A DNA stretch of 64,000 nucleotides. It comes from Pelomyxa schiedti (lineage: Eukaryota > Protista > Evosea). Each line of letters starts with the position of its first letter. The stretch's first letter is position 1. The stretch covers positions 1 to 64,000 of the forward strand of contig JAHLWZ010000079.1 in the NCBI GenBank assembly GCA_020536535.1, in the 5' to 3' direction. Below are positions 37,252 through 59,650 of this stretch, in pieces. The notes below the pieces were generated by a model. The model ran no database searches, had not been told where the DNA came from, and saw nothing but the letters and a program-made list of their open reading frames with translations. The position numbers were made by a program, and so were the translations under genes.

Positions 37252-37846
37252 GACCTTAAAAGGTCCATTTATGTGAAAAGTGCTCAGAGAATCGTGGACA
37301 TCACGCGCTATCTAACGATTAACTTGAAGATAAACGCACCTCCTGGGAGATTGGTTTCAGGAGGCGCCATTTTGATTGGTTTCTATTTACGTCAATTGCC
37401 TAAAACCAACTGCAACATCAAGACCAAAAAAAGGGCTACCAGAAATAAATAATCGAACCAACCGAAAATAAAATTTTTCCTCCCTTTTGCCCATTGCGGC
37501 ACAAAAACAACAAGCACAAATCAACAAACCAAAAAACAAACCAAAAAAGAAAGCCACCTGCCATAGTCGACATCCTAAATTGTATGCCTTCCCATTTCGT
37601 CCTGTTGCCTCTTTACCATTCCGTACCCCCTCACAACCCGCAAAAGAAATAAAACATCACAGCGATGTCCCCCCGCGTCGTCAAAACACGCAACGCCTTA
37701 CATACACATGACCTTTCTTGTTGTCGCTCGTCGCCTGTTGCTTCGTGTTGTGTCTGTTTATTTTATTGTTGTTGTTTACTGTGCCCACTTCCTTTTTTTT
37801 TTTCTCTTTTCCCCCTATGTAATGGTGTAACGTCAGAGGGTACATA

Positions 37847-39905
37847 ATGACGGAAACTACCCCTATTCAAGAGGCTGGACAGAAAAGGCCACGCGGATCA
37901 ACGGTATCATACCATTCATCGGGTTTTGTCTTCTTACCTTGTTTCCTTTTCCTTTGCCTTTACTTTTGTACTTTTCAGCAAGGTAGCGAGGAGGACCCTG
38001 ACTCTGACACCAATGACGAGGTTGCTGAGGATGACGACGACGATGATTATGAGGAATCCAACACTACAGGGGTGCGAAATCAACATCCTCCTCAGCACCG
38101 GAATCCTGTGAAAACCCGCTCTGGTCCGCCGTCTCCAACGAGGATTGGGGCCGCACCACCACCACCGCCCAACCAGCAGCCTCAGGTACCTGAGGGTGGT
38201 GCTACTGAACCGGTGTCACAGAGGAGGAGGTTGTCTGAATTGGCTCAACCCCAAATTCCTATTTCTACACATGGCCCAACTGAGGAGCAACAAATGCAAT
38301 TGGCGCAGTTGCAACAACAGCTACAACAGCAAGTGAGCATGCAACTTCTGCCTTCTGGGGTGCAAATACCACAACTACTGCGACAGCTTATAGGAGATGA
38401 CCCTACTCGTGGTGACGTGAAATATGGACCTGAAGAAGTAAGCCCACTTCATTTTCAATCTCTTCATAACAGCTGTTTTTTTCGAACTAAAGCTTAGGCA
38501 ACTTGAAGCGTACACCAAATCAATGGTATCTGCTCCTCAGATGCAGCAACCTCTTGCAACAGCACCCCCCAGTACTATTTCACCTATGTCAAAAACTCAA
38601 TCTGCATCCCAACTGACCCCGGTGGTAGCACAGCCACCAGTCCCTCAGCAGGTGCAAACTCAGCCATGTTCTACATCGCAGCGCCCGCCATCGCCTGCTG
38701 TAACCCCAAGTTCCCAGCCCATAGGAATTGCGATACACGACGAAACACATCTGTATAACTTCCACTTGAAATTTCCTCTAATTGTTGTAGGATGCAGGAA
38801 AATCCCCCGCCGTCACCTCAAAGACCTCAAAAGAAATTGGGTCGAAGAAAAATTAACATTGAATTCATTGAAGACAAAAGTAGGAGGCACATAACATTTT
38901 CCAAGAGGAAAGCCGGCATTATGAAGAAGGTAGTAACATTAAAAGTACTTTTGGTATTAACAGTGCACCAGGCCTACGAACTGAGCACATTGACAGGCAC
39001 TCAAGTGTTGCTATTGGTTGCTTCAGAAACAGGTCATGTGTACACGTTTGCCACACCTAAACTTCAACCGTTGATTACCAAACCTGAGGGGAAACAAATG
39101 ATCCAGGTTAGTTAAGCAGTCCGTACTTTGATTATTGCTTATCTGAAGTAGGGTTGCCTTAATTCCGCAGTAGATGCTCCAGGATCACCAGGGGGCAGGG
39201 AGTCACCCCCAACAACACCCACACCGCCTCCGGCGTCCAAGTGTACCTCGGTGCCACGAACATCATCTGCAGCGTCAGGTACACCATCTCCTGAAAGTGT
39301 ACCCAAACAGGAACACCATCACCGACAGGCACCGATGCCCCAAACACAACCGCAACCCTCACCTCAGCAACAACAACTCCAACAATTACAACAACTACAA
39401 CAGCAGCAACTCGCACAACAATTAGAAGCACAGGTAGCGCAAACAGGTCTCTCATTGGACAAGCTACTACCCCTTGCAATGGCCGACATGAACTACAACC
39501 AGCGATATGTGAATACCTTGCTTGAGAATGTATCTTCACACATTTTACTCCCTCCCCTAACCTGAACTGCAGCAATATCTGTGGTCATCCGGAAACCAGC
39601 TGAGTCAGAATTTGATGATGCTTCTTAACAGCAACCCTGGCAACACACAACCGCAGGCCACACAACCGGCATCAACAGCTCACACCCAACAACTCCTATC
39701 CGGACTCATGCAGAACCCACCGTTAGCCGGATCCAACATCAGTGCTTCCCTAGAAGGTAATACTTTCTCCCAAATACTTTAACCTGTTCCTAACACACCA
39801 ACAGGTCTTGCAGAGAGGTGGCCAGGCCTAGCCAACTATACAAGGAATGGGGGAGCCGGTATTGGGGGTGTGAACACACAGCCGCCTGCTTCTCCTAACC
39901 TGTGA
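37847..39905 (+). CDS. SRF-type (type I) MADS-box transcription factor
   Basis: GRRKINIEFIEDKSRRHITFSKRKAGIMKKAYELSTLTGTQVLLLVASETGHVYTFATPKLQP (38839-39105) with Gln/Pro-rich flanks. Confidence 0.93.
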
Positions 39906-40035
39906 TAGTCCCCCTACCACTCACACCTTGTTTGATTCTTCCACCTTTCACCAAGTTTGTGTAGCAATAAAATTTTTTGGGATTTTTCTTTCTTTTCTCT
40001 TGTTCCTTTTCTTACACAACTGGGATAGTGGGTAT

Positions 40036-48531
<8,496 letters not shown>

Positions 48532-48713
48532 TTTGTCGTATCACCGCACCGCACGCGTAGCTTGTTGTCGGTGGGTTTTTTTTTCTTTTTGTTTTTATTG
48601 TTTTCTTGCCGGGGCTCTTGGTTCTGCAGTTGCGAGAAAAGAAAACTTCCTTTAGATTAGAAAATTCTAACCAAACACGAAAAACTACACGTGCATGTGT
48701 AGTGTGAATGCTA

Positions 48714-49947
<1,234 letters not shown>

Positions 49948-50647
49948 CACCTCGCCCTGGTTTTTTTTTTTTTGTTTTTTGTTCAGCAGATCCTTCTTTT
50001 TTGTCGCCACTCCTTGTCATCAATCTTGTTTTTTTTTCCCTTTGTGAATCATTTGATCAGTGAGGCGTCGCTGCACTCCAATACACACAAATAAGGTAGA
50101 CATGGAGAAGAAAAGAGTCGCTTTGTTTTGCTTTTTTAACAATGTAGCAGCAAAATAGAATTACAGGATGCAGGGAGAGGAAGTATCGACAGCGAGGACC
50201 ACCGTTTTTTACATAATCGCGGTGCTGATTTCCCTCCACGTTCTCGCTTTTGTGTGTATTCCTAGTCGCTGCCTTCAAAACGTTTTTTTCCTCAACGACA
50301 ATTCTCCGTCCCAGCTTGTTTGGGTGTACCTGGCAGTTTCCGGACCGTCTGCTGATCCAAAGAAAAAACGCTAGGTGATTTATGAGTGGCACGCAAGATT
50401 CACCTTAGCACCAAAAGGACGCACAACATCGTTGACTCTAGAGACACAAGGACAAGTTGGCCGGGGGTGAACTGTTGGCCCAAAATGTAATGTGGACAAA
50501 ACAAGAATTGGCCGTTTCTACGAAGTGTGAATTCCACATTTTTTTGTCAGCTGGGGTGTGAAGCAACGTCAGGCGTTCTTGATCAATCGCGAAAGCGGTC
50601 CGAAGGGAAAAAAAACAACGTGAGTCAGATAGATACCCAACCACAAT

Positions 50648-53600
50648 ATGAGCAAGACCACCAACAGCAGCAGTAACAGCTGCAGCAGTGCCCCCGTCAT
50701 GGGCCCCGTCTCCCGCTGGTCCCTCCTACGCACAAACCTGGGCCCACTAGGCAAGCACATCGGCACAGGCAACAGCAGCAGCAACACCAACAACGCAGCG
50801 TCGGTCGGGCCCACGACCCCAACGACGACAGCAACAACGACGCCGGGATCTACGAGCACGTGCAGCAGCAAGGAGTGCTCCATGGCCTCGTGCTTCCCCA
50901 CTTACCCCCTGCCGACGTCGTCGTGCCGCTCCTGCGGCTCCTCGTCCTCGTCGCCCCCGCCGTCGTCGCCGCCCCCTACCTCGGTCGTGTTCCCCACGCC
51001 CGAGGCCCGCGACCACGCCACCAAGCAGCAGGCCGCCGACGACCAAGGGGACCCCGGCGGGGCCACACGCAGCAGGGCGCGGTCGCGCTCGACCCCGGAC
51101 GCGTACGAGGGCGCGGTGCCGCCGAACATGGCCCTGAAGCAGCAGCAGCAGCAGGAGCAGGAGCAGCAGGGGCCGCCGCAGTTGCAGCAGCTGCGGACTT
51201 CGGGGATATCGAACACCCCGCCGGCGTCGCCGTCGCCGTCGCACCCCTCGTCGGCTTCGCCTTCTCCTTCTAGGTCGCCTGTGACTTCGTCCTGGCTGTC
51301 GTCTTCGCCGAATACAACCGGAGTGCATTCTCCGGCTTCTCCTACGTTTCAGCGGACTAGGCTGGGGTGCTTACTGGGAAATAATTCTTCTCCTCCTGGT
51401 GGTCCGTCTCCTTCCTCGGCCTCATCAACACAGTTAGCTGTGGAGCAATCTTCGAGGATCACGCCGGAAAACGCAGTCTTGGAGCCCATACTAAAACAAG
51501 ACCTGTTGGGGCCCTCATCGGAAAGTGCACAGACCACTCAGCAGGCTCAATGTGAAGCCCAACAATCCAATGGAATTACACAACAACAACTAGCAATGTT
51601 GCACATACTGCAACTGCAACAATTACAGCAACTGCAACAAATACAACAACAGCTACAAGACCAAGAGCAACTGATGATTATACAGCAACTTCTACAATAC
51701 TACCAACAAGTTCAGACTCTTCAATTAAAACTACACCAGCAACGTTTTGCCTCGGCGCTACCTGATTGCGATCCTTCCTTATCTTTCTCAGGAGAAATGC
51801 CCTCCCTCCCTACAGCATCCATGTCTATGTCTCTTCCTGAATCAAGTGGCCTTTCCTCGCTGTTCATAAATTCAACCCAGAAAGAGAACTTGAGTTCAAG
51901 TTTCAATGCAACCTCAACAACACCCACATCTCCTGTTCAACGGGATTATCGTTTCAGTACTGGTGTAGGAGTCGGAATCGCAGGTCTTGTTGGCACCATT
52001 GGAACTTCATCTGCCACTGAGGTTATTGTCTCCCGCCGTGCTTGTGCATTGAACAAGAGTGGGTATGTTGGAGGGGAGTGCTGCTTGCACGAAACAGTTG
52101 ATCTAGCAGCTGAGAGAATGCTGCACGAAATCCGACACATCGAATCTGATGTTTCTTATTATGCAACTCTGAAAGGTAAGCTGTAGAGCCTCTCGCACTG
52201 CATTACTCACCTCTTTCTCTCCGTTTATAGAACAGTTACGAGTTAAACTTAGAGAGGCAGAGCACGAAGAAATCAAGGTGAGATAGTCTTTGCCTTCCTC
52301 GATTTCTCCCTTACTTCACTAGAGAGTTGCCCTACTACTTTGCAAGAAAGCGGATCTTAGACGGACGTTAGAGCTCCCAAGATTGATATTTAATACACCC
52401 ATACATCAGTCATTGATTACAACTATAAGCGATCCCTACTTCCCCCTCACAGATGCCCTACCTCAGGTTAGTTCGTACTGCAGAAGTGCCACTTACGTAC
52501 TTATTGTCTCCTAGAGATTCGTTTCTCAACATAGCTTCACCCCTGAATGCTGTGTAATATTAAATAATGCTCAAGAACCAGACAAGATCCGTAAGCACGG
52601 AGAGGTGTTAAGTGCACTGACAGTCAGCACGTACCCCATGGATTTAAAAGCAAACCTTCAAGTTGGCAGTCCTATATGTGACTGTTACACTGCATGCCTG
52701 TGCCCCGCTGGGTCAGCTTTTATTTCCATTGCTGATGGGTGTAAGTGACTTTTTGTTTGAATACTTTTATGACGAAAAAAACAGGCAATTGGGGAGCCAA
52801 ACCCCGCGAAGCAGCCTGTCGCGCATCAAGTGCTTTTGTGAATTACCTTTTGGAAAATTACATCTTCAGGAACGATAGCGACTTGTACATATTTTAACGC
52901 TGTTGAACTAAAATGATCTAATTCCTGTTAGGCATAAGACATCCGTCCGGGAGTATGGTGCACTAATGCTCCAGGCTCTAGCACATGCGCACAATAGTAT
53001 TGTCATTGATAAAAAGGAAAAGTCAGAAGTTGGCACAACTACCCTTCTTGGCATAGCTCTTGTTCCCTTAAAGGTATTTGTCTTATTTTGGATATGTGTT
53101 CTCGTTTTCTAAACTAATATCCGATTCAGTTGGACTTTACAGAAGAACCCCCATGTAATCTTCCTACACCTTATGTGTTTACTCATAATGCCTAGCACTC
53201 GATCCAAAATGGGCATGCATTGCTCTTAGTATTGGTGACTGCAAAGTGTGTCATTCATATACCTTGACTTCCTGTAACACTGTCACAAGGCCTTCCGGTG
53301 GTCAACTAAGGACAAGCAAATATACGAAATCAGCACAGGGAATCGTGAGACTTTGGATGCTACAGATCCAGGAGGAAGGCTAGGTCCCTACCTTGAATCT
53401 GGATCCCCCGATTTGCGGAATTTAAGTTTTTTCTACACCACTTTTGACAAAGGGGATCTGCTTATATGCATGAGGTAAGTTCTGTTTGGCTTGGAGTTTC
53501 TTTGACAAACCGAAGTGATGGCGTGCATGATAACATTGATCCGGCCTCTCTTGGAATAGAACCATCGGCACTATGTACAACACTTGGTCCAACTACCTGG

Positions 53601-53969
53601 GATACGTTGGCTTCCACTAATCCCCAGATGTTTACACAACTGCGGGAACAATTCATGTATACCCTACCACTCAATTGAGCAAATAATCATTTTTTACAGG
53701 ACAAGAAAACTATGCGAACTAGTATGTGGAGGAGGAGGACACCCAGGCCCAACTGAGGGTATTGTGCAAAGAATCATTCAACACTGCATCAATTTGACAG
53801 CCGGGAGCAGGTTACCACATAGTTCGCCCTAGTGTACACCCACTTACATTCACACAGGCAGTGGATGGAAGAGCACCCCAACCGCAGACTCCCTAAAGAT
53901 TACACCCAATTCCCTGGAAAGTTGGACCACACAACTTGTGTTGCACTGTATATACAACCTGATTGGTAG
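50648..53969 (+). CDS. PP2C (PPM)-like phosphatase-domain protein of the amoebozoan type, with long low-complexity N-terminus
   Basis: STYP...GSPICD, IADGCNWG, GTTTLLG, SIGDCKAF, DPGGRLGP, SDGVHDNIDP and PGKLDHTTCV metal-binding motifs. Confidence 0.8.
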
Positions 53970-54110
53970 GTAGGCCACTTCCAAATTCCCAATCACTCAC
54001 ATGCACACAGGTAGAAGGTTTTTGGCACTGTAAAAAACAAATTAACTTGTAAACTATACAACAGAACTAGATTTTTCCCTGAGTTTGACTTTTTAAAAAA
54101 AAAAACGAGA

Positions 54111-54709
54111 ATGATGAAGGGTGTTGTGGCGATGGTGGTCGCAGCGGCATTATGGGGCTGCACGAATCCCTTCTTGAAGAAAGGTTGCACCGGAGTTACT
54201 GCCGCAAACGACCCACAATGGTGTGTCGTTGTGGTGCAGTGAAATAACAACGCCGAGCCGGTGATTTAACAATGTAAGTGAACAGCCCTGATGGGGTCGT
54301 TGCTCAAATTTCGAGGAAATGCGGGTACTTGGCTGCTCGAAAACAGGTATTCCTTTGTCTTTCCTTTATGCTTGGAGAATTGACACCATTTTGGAAGTTT
54401 TTTATCCCTTTCCTCATAAACCAGTGTGGAGGCATTGCATTCTTTTTTGCCTTGAGGTTTTCAGGCAACTATTGCTATTAATTTTTCTCATTCTCTCACC
54501 ATCCATTTATTGGCTGCAGCCGTATCAACAGCCGTTCCTGTTGTTAACTCTCTTACATTTATCTTTACTGCCTTTGTAAGTTGGTTATTGAACGAACAAC
54601 TCACCAAAGGTACGAATGTAGTCCATGAATTTCTCCTATTGACCTCTTGCCAGAAACTCTTTTTGCTTGTATCCTAATCATAGCTGGTGTTTCCCTGTGC
54701 GTAATCTGA
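54111..54709 (+). CDS. TMEM234: Transmembrane protein 234-like (DMT/EamA-like)
   Basis: AALWGCTNPFLKKG, FFIPFLINQCGG and AVPVVNSLTFIFT. Confidence 0.82.
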
Positions 54710-55032
54710 CACCGACAATAAAAGATGAATAGCCATCTACCACCGAAATCAGAACCACATACCCAGATTAGGTGTAACACAAGAACACCAGAGATCCCAT
54801 CCATTCCCAGAAATCACCCAACGTCTCGTAATACTAATTGTCTCCTTTAATTTCTCGCTTCGTCGCCAGTCACTCTCCACAGGGCACGACTGCGGATAGC
54901 TTCTGCATCTCTTAGGCTCCGTAAATAGACCGCGAGTCAAAGTGCACCAAACAAATAAAAAGTCCTTCTGCAATTTGGTTAACAAAAGAAAGAAAAAAAG
55001 CCCAAAAAAAAAAACAAAAGTCGTTTACGTCG

Positions 55033-58000
55033 ATGTCGTCATCGGCAGTTGTGTCGTCAACGCAGCCGGGTACCGAGCAAGGTGTGTAGTGGTCGTTTGT
55101 GTACTTGTTGTCGTGTGTTACCGACTACTTTTTTTAGAGTCCGATGACAGCCAGTCCATGTTCCAGGTGATCGACGGCGAAGCTAAATTCGCGTGTGTTA
55201 ATGCCTCTCCTGTTTTTTTTGTGCTTTTTTGTGGTGCTGATGCGACCCGTTAGGAGCGAGGATGTACCCGACAGAGTTCCATTTAATACATGGCTGTCTT
55301 CCCATAAACAGTTTATGGGACGAGCTAATGACTACCACGTTGTTGCCATCTTGGGTGCTCAGAGTAGCGGCAAAAGTACATACGCCACTTAATTAATAGA
55401 GCATGTACTGAAATTGGATAGGTACCCTTCTGAACCTCCTTTTCAGTACCAACTTCAAGGTGATGAATGCTGCTATTGCTCGCACAAGGACAACCCACGG
55501 TGTTTGGGTAGGAATCCCTGAGATAATGCCACCAGGTGGAAATATAAACTTGTTTTTTTTGTGCCTGACATTATGCCAGGAAGGGAGGGAAGTCTCATGG
55601 TTCTTGACCTTGAAGGTACTGATGGTGGTGTGCGCGCGGATGACTACAGTTTTGAACGGAAAACTAGCTTGTTCTCTCTTGCCATCGCCAGTGTGCTCAT
55701 GGTCAATGTATGGTACCAAGACATTGGGAGGTATCAAGCGTCAAACTTTGGTCTCTTAAGGACTGTGTTTGAACTGGACCTTCAGTTATTCCAACGTGAA
55801 ACGTATGTTGCACCCCCGCATGACGTTTTCTTATATATTCCAGTGGAACAAAGACACTTGTCATTTTTGTCATTCGTGACCACGTTGAGACACCTTTTGA
55901 GTCTCTTGTAGCTGATATTCGCTCTGCATTGATGACCACCTGGGAAAAGATCTCGAAGGTTACCTCTTCTTTTTTTTTTTTTTTTTATACCCCATATAAT
56001 ATTTGGTAGCCCCCACAATTTACCAATTCACCTCCGGAGCAATTCTTTGATTTCGAGTTCATTGCTTTCCCTCACATGAAATATATGAAAGAAGAGTTCA
56101 GCAAAGCTATCGCCTCTTTCCGTGATAGGTTAATAACAAAAAGCTTCCACTTCGAGTTAACATATGACAGGTTTATTAATGCAGAGAACCCTGGCTTCCT
56201 TTTAAACCCAAAGTACCAGAAGCGCGACCTTCCTTCGGATGGACTTCCCCATTTTGCAAGTGAGATATGGGTACGCCTTCGCGGTTCTATGTCCCGTTAC
56301 TGATGTTGTTACAGAAAGTTATCCAATCGAACAGAGATCTGGATCTTCCTGGGCAGAGGGAGTTGCTCGCCATGTTTAGGTAAGTATCCTATGAGGTGAG
56401 GTGCTGAACTCTAATTCCGTAAAGGTGTGAAGAAATCATGGAGACTGCCTTTAAGACGTTCTTGGCCAATATAGAATCCTCTGGTTTACGAGCCAATGAA
56501 ATTATCCCAGATTTTGGGAAAAAAGCTTATGAGGTTTACACGCAATGCATAGGTACGAACATAGTCTTACGTCCCCCGTCTAATACAACCAGCTGAATAC
56601 AGGAAGCATGGTATAAGATATGTTGCTGATGTCAGTGAGAAGAAGCAACAGACACTAAGAGAACGAGCTCTTAATGTACAACACAATCCTCTACCACTAA
56701 ATCGCTCCTCTTTTTTTCTAATTCATCTTACAATGAAGGAACTCTGGCATCTCTTCAACAACCAAATAACCCTCGCCTCCAATGACTGTTTAATGAAACT
56801 TGATGCTGTCTTGAACCGCATCAACGCAAATACGGTTCCTATTGAAGAAGTTGGCCAGACTTTACTCAAGGCCTCTGAAGATTGTCTTTCCACGTGGAAG
56901 ACCATGGCAAAAGGTGTTCCACCCCTCCTTTGGTGGCTTGAAGTAGTAACTTGTTTCAGCTTGTATTATGGAGGAAACGGACTGGACTTTCGAGAGGGAG
57001 GGAACCCAATTAGAGCAAGATGTGGGCAAACGTGTAATCGAAGCCAAGCAAGCACAACTAATACGACTTATGGACATATGCAAGGTACACTGATTTGCCA
57101 ACATTTTCTTCTAAACTTGTATAGTCCAAGTTTGAGGCGGAGTTTGCCCCTGTTGTTGCAAAAGCGATGGAAGACTCCAGAGAGGATATGTGGAATATCA
57201 TCCGCAATGCCTACAGGTAAGAAGCCCTTCTGCCATACTGTTTCTCAGTTTATTAGGGATAAACTCCTGGAAGTAAATGGCTTCTTAGTGAACATCTTGA
57301 CTCAGGGTACCCCTTTCCTCCCTTTATTACGAACTTAGTATCACAGGATTTAAATGTCCTCAGTCTGAGCTTGAGCGTCAATCAAACAGTCTTCAGGCGT
57401 TCACCATAGAACTGTTCTTTGGCCGAGTAAAGCAAAAAGCTGAAGTTTGTCAGTTCAAGATGGAAAAGAGGTACAGTCCAGTCCCAAGACAATTTTCTCA
57501 ATTTTGTAGGTTCACAGATAAATTCTGGATGGATCCAAGCGGCCTCCCAAGAATATGGAAACCAAAGGATAACATGCGACAAACTTTCTTTGTTGCAAAG
57601 GACCATGTACTTAATGTTACTGCCAGCCAAAAACTAATGGCTCCACTTCAAGGGTGAACAAGTTCTAGACTTGTATGCCTACATGAGAATGCAAAAACCA
57701 GAGGACACATTCACATTCTTCGAGAAGCCGGAGGTTCCCCTCACACACAATACGCTTTTGGACGTGCCCACAAAGAGTTTGTAACCAACACTTATTAGTT
57801 TGTTGCTTACAAAAACCAGAACTTGTTGGTGGCACAGCACCCATCGATCCCAGCCGCGTTGTAATTCAAACCAATGACCGCAGGCATATTTGGGACAACT
57901 ATTGTGCCAAGACCCAGTCGGAATTCATGAAAGCGCAGCGTGACCAAGTACGCGAAATTTCTTATTTAACACGCCGAATAACGTGCACGAAGGAACAATC

Positions 58001-58403
58001 CAACTCCCGCGTCCACATTCCTCTGTTTGTAGTCGGGCTGATTGTAATCCTTGGGTTCAACGAATTCAAGTACGTTCTCTTCAACCCTCTGCTGCTGATG
58101 CTCTGCATTCTCCTTGGCGGGCTCACCTACCTCGTCTGGATTCTCAACCTCGGCGGAGTTGCCGAGACCGTGTTCCGCACACTCACCTCCATCACGCTCA
58201 CATCCATCCGCGACATCGTAACAACCAAGCTGTTCCCGGCACCACCCCCCACACCAACCACCCCCACCGACGCACCCAAATCTGATTCAACAACCCAGAA
58301 CACAGTGCGGGCCTCACTCTCCACCACAGCGAACCAAGCCACCGCTGCCACATTCGCGGCGCTATCCTCGGCACTCACTGCTCAGAACAAACAGTCCTCC
58401 TAG
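55033..58403 (+). CDS. SEY1: SEY1/RHD3 dynamin-like ER-fusion GTPase
   Basis: [50 protein letters not shown] and [19 protein letters not shown], plus a C-terminal TM hairpin ([15 protein letters not shown]). Confidence 0.93.
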
Positions 58404-58563
58404 CTCTCCCTCCCTGAACAACGAGCACCACCAACCGATAGACTCCAGTCCCGGAACCAGAAAAACTAAAAGGCACTTTTGACTTTTCGTTTTTGTCGAC
58501 ATAAAAACTTTTTCTCGGAGGTTGTGTTCCCCTAAACAACCAAATAAATCACAACAAGTCGCC

Positions 58564-59507
58564 ATGGCAACATCCACACCTACCGCTACTACTACGTCTC
58601 GTTCGTTGCGAGGATCAGAGACAGAGAAGAACCTATTGCGCGCATTTGTGGGTGAGAGTCAGGCCAGGAACAGGTGAGTGTTGTTTTTTTTTTGTACTGT
58701 ACTTTGACACATCCCCAGGTATGACCTTATGGCTGGGAAGGCTAAGAAGGAGGGCTTTGTGCAGATCATGAAAACATTCGAAGGTAAACGACGTATAGCC
58801 AATAATATATTGTACTTGGTACTGACTTGGGCAATACATAAGAAACGGCACAACAGGAGAGCGAGCATGCCAAGCGCCTCTACAGTCTCCTTCAGGGCTG
58901 TGATCTAGAACTACCCGGCGAGCACTTTGGTGGCCCTTCAATCGGCTCAACACGTGACAATCTCGCCGCGGCAGTGGGCGGCGAGGATCACGAGGTAAAA
59001 TGAACTCCAAAAAGAACATATTATCTACATATAAAAAAGTAGTTTGCTGCATATAGTATTGTTTCACCATGAATATCATCTTTACATCTTTCTCCAAGGT
59101 GGCGGTGATGTATCCAACGTTCGCAAATATTGCTGATACCGAGGGTTTCCCGGAGGTTGCTACTGTGTTCCGTGCTATCATGATGGCTGAGAAGTACCAC
59201 TCTGCCAGATTCGCGTGAGCTATTGATTTTTGCGTGGGTTTATTTACCTGATTGGCTGTGCAGGATGTTCCTGAGGCTTATTGATGAGGGCAGGATTTTC
59301 AGGCGTGATGGGAAAATCTACTGGCGCTGTCTCAACTGCGGGTAATTATCCTCTTTTGTTCCTCACGTTTGGTATTAAGAAAATATCTCTCGTAGGTACA
59401 TACATGAGGGCGACATGCCACCCGAGAAGTGCCCAGCTTGTGACCATCCCAGGGGCTACTTTGAACCCCTTGACTTCCCTCGCGAAATGCGCATATCCTT
59501 CCCTTAA
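58564..59507 (+). CDS. rbr: Rubrerythrin (diiron four-helix bundle plus rubredoxin domain), 6 exons
   Basis: Spliced through 5 GT-AG introns: SLRGSETEKNLLRAFVGESQARNRY...ETAQQESEHAKR...GEDHEVAVMYP.FA..A..EGF...AEKYH...WRCLNCGYIHEG..PPEKCPACDHPRGYF. Absent from the ORF track. Confidence 0.93.
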
Positions 59508-59650
59508 AAAAAAAAAAACCCCAAGTGAACGAAGAGGCTTCTCTTCACAAAGCACATGGGCAATAGACAATAAATAAAAGCGGCCTGTTACCTTGCCTCT
59601 TCCAAAGTCAAACGAACGTCACGTATTCCTTCCCCCATTTCAAGGAAGTG

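Noticed and set aside
58633-59181. 182-aa minus-strand ORF
   Set aside because: It is antisense to the spliced rubrerythrin gene and has no recognisable motifs.
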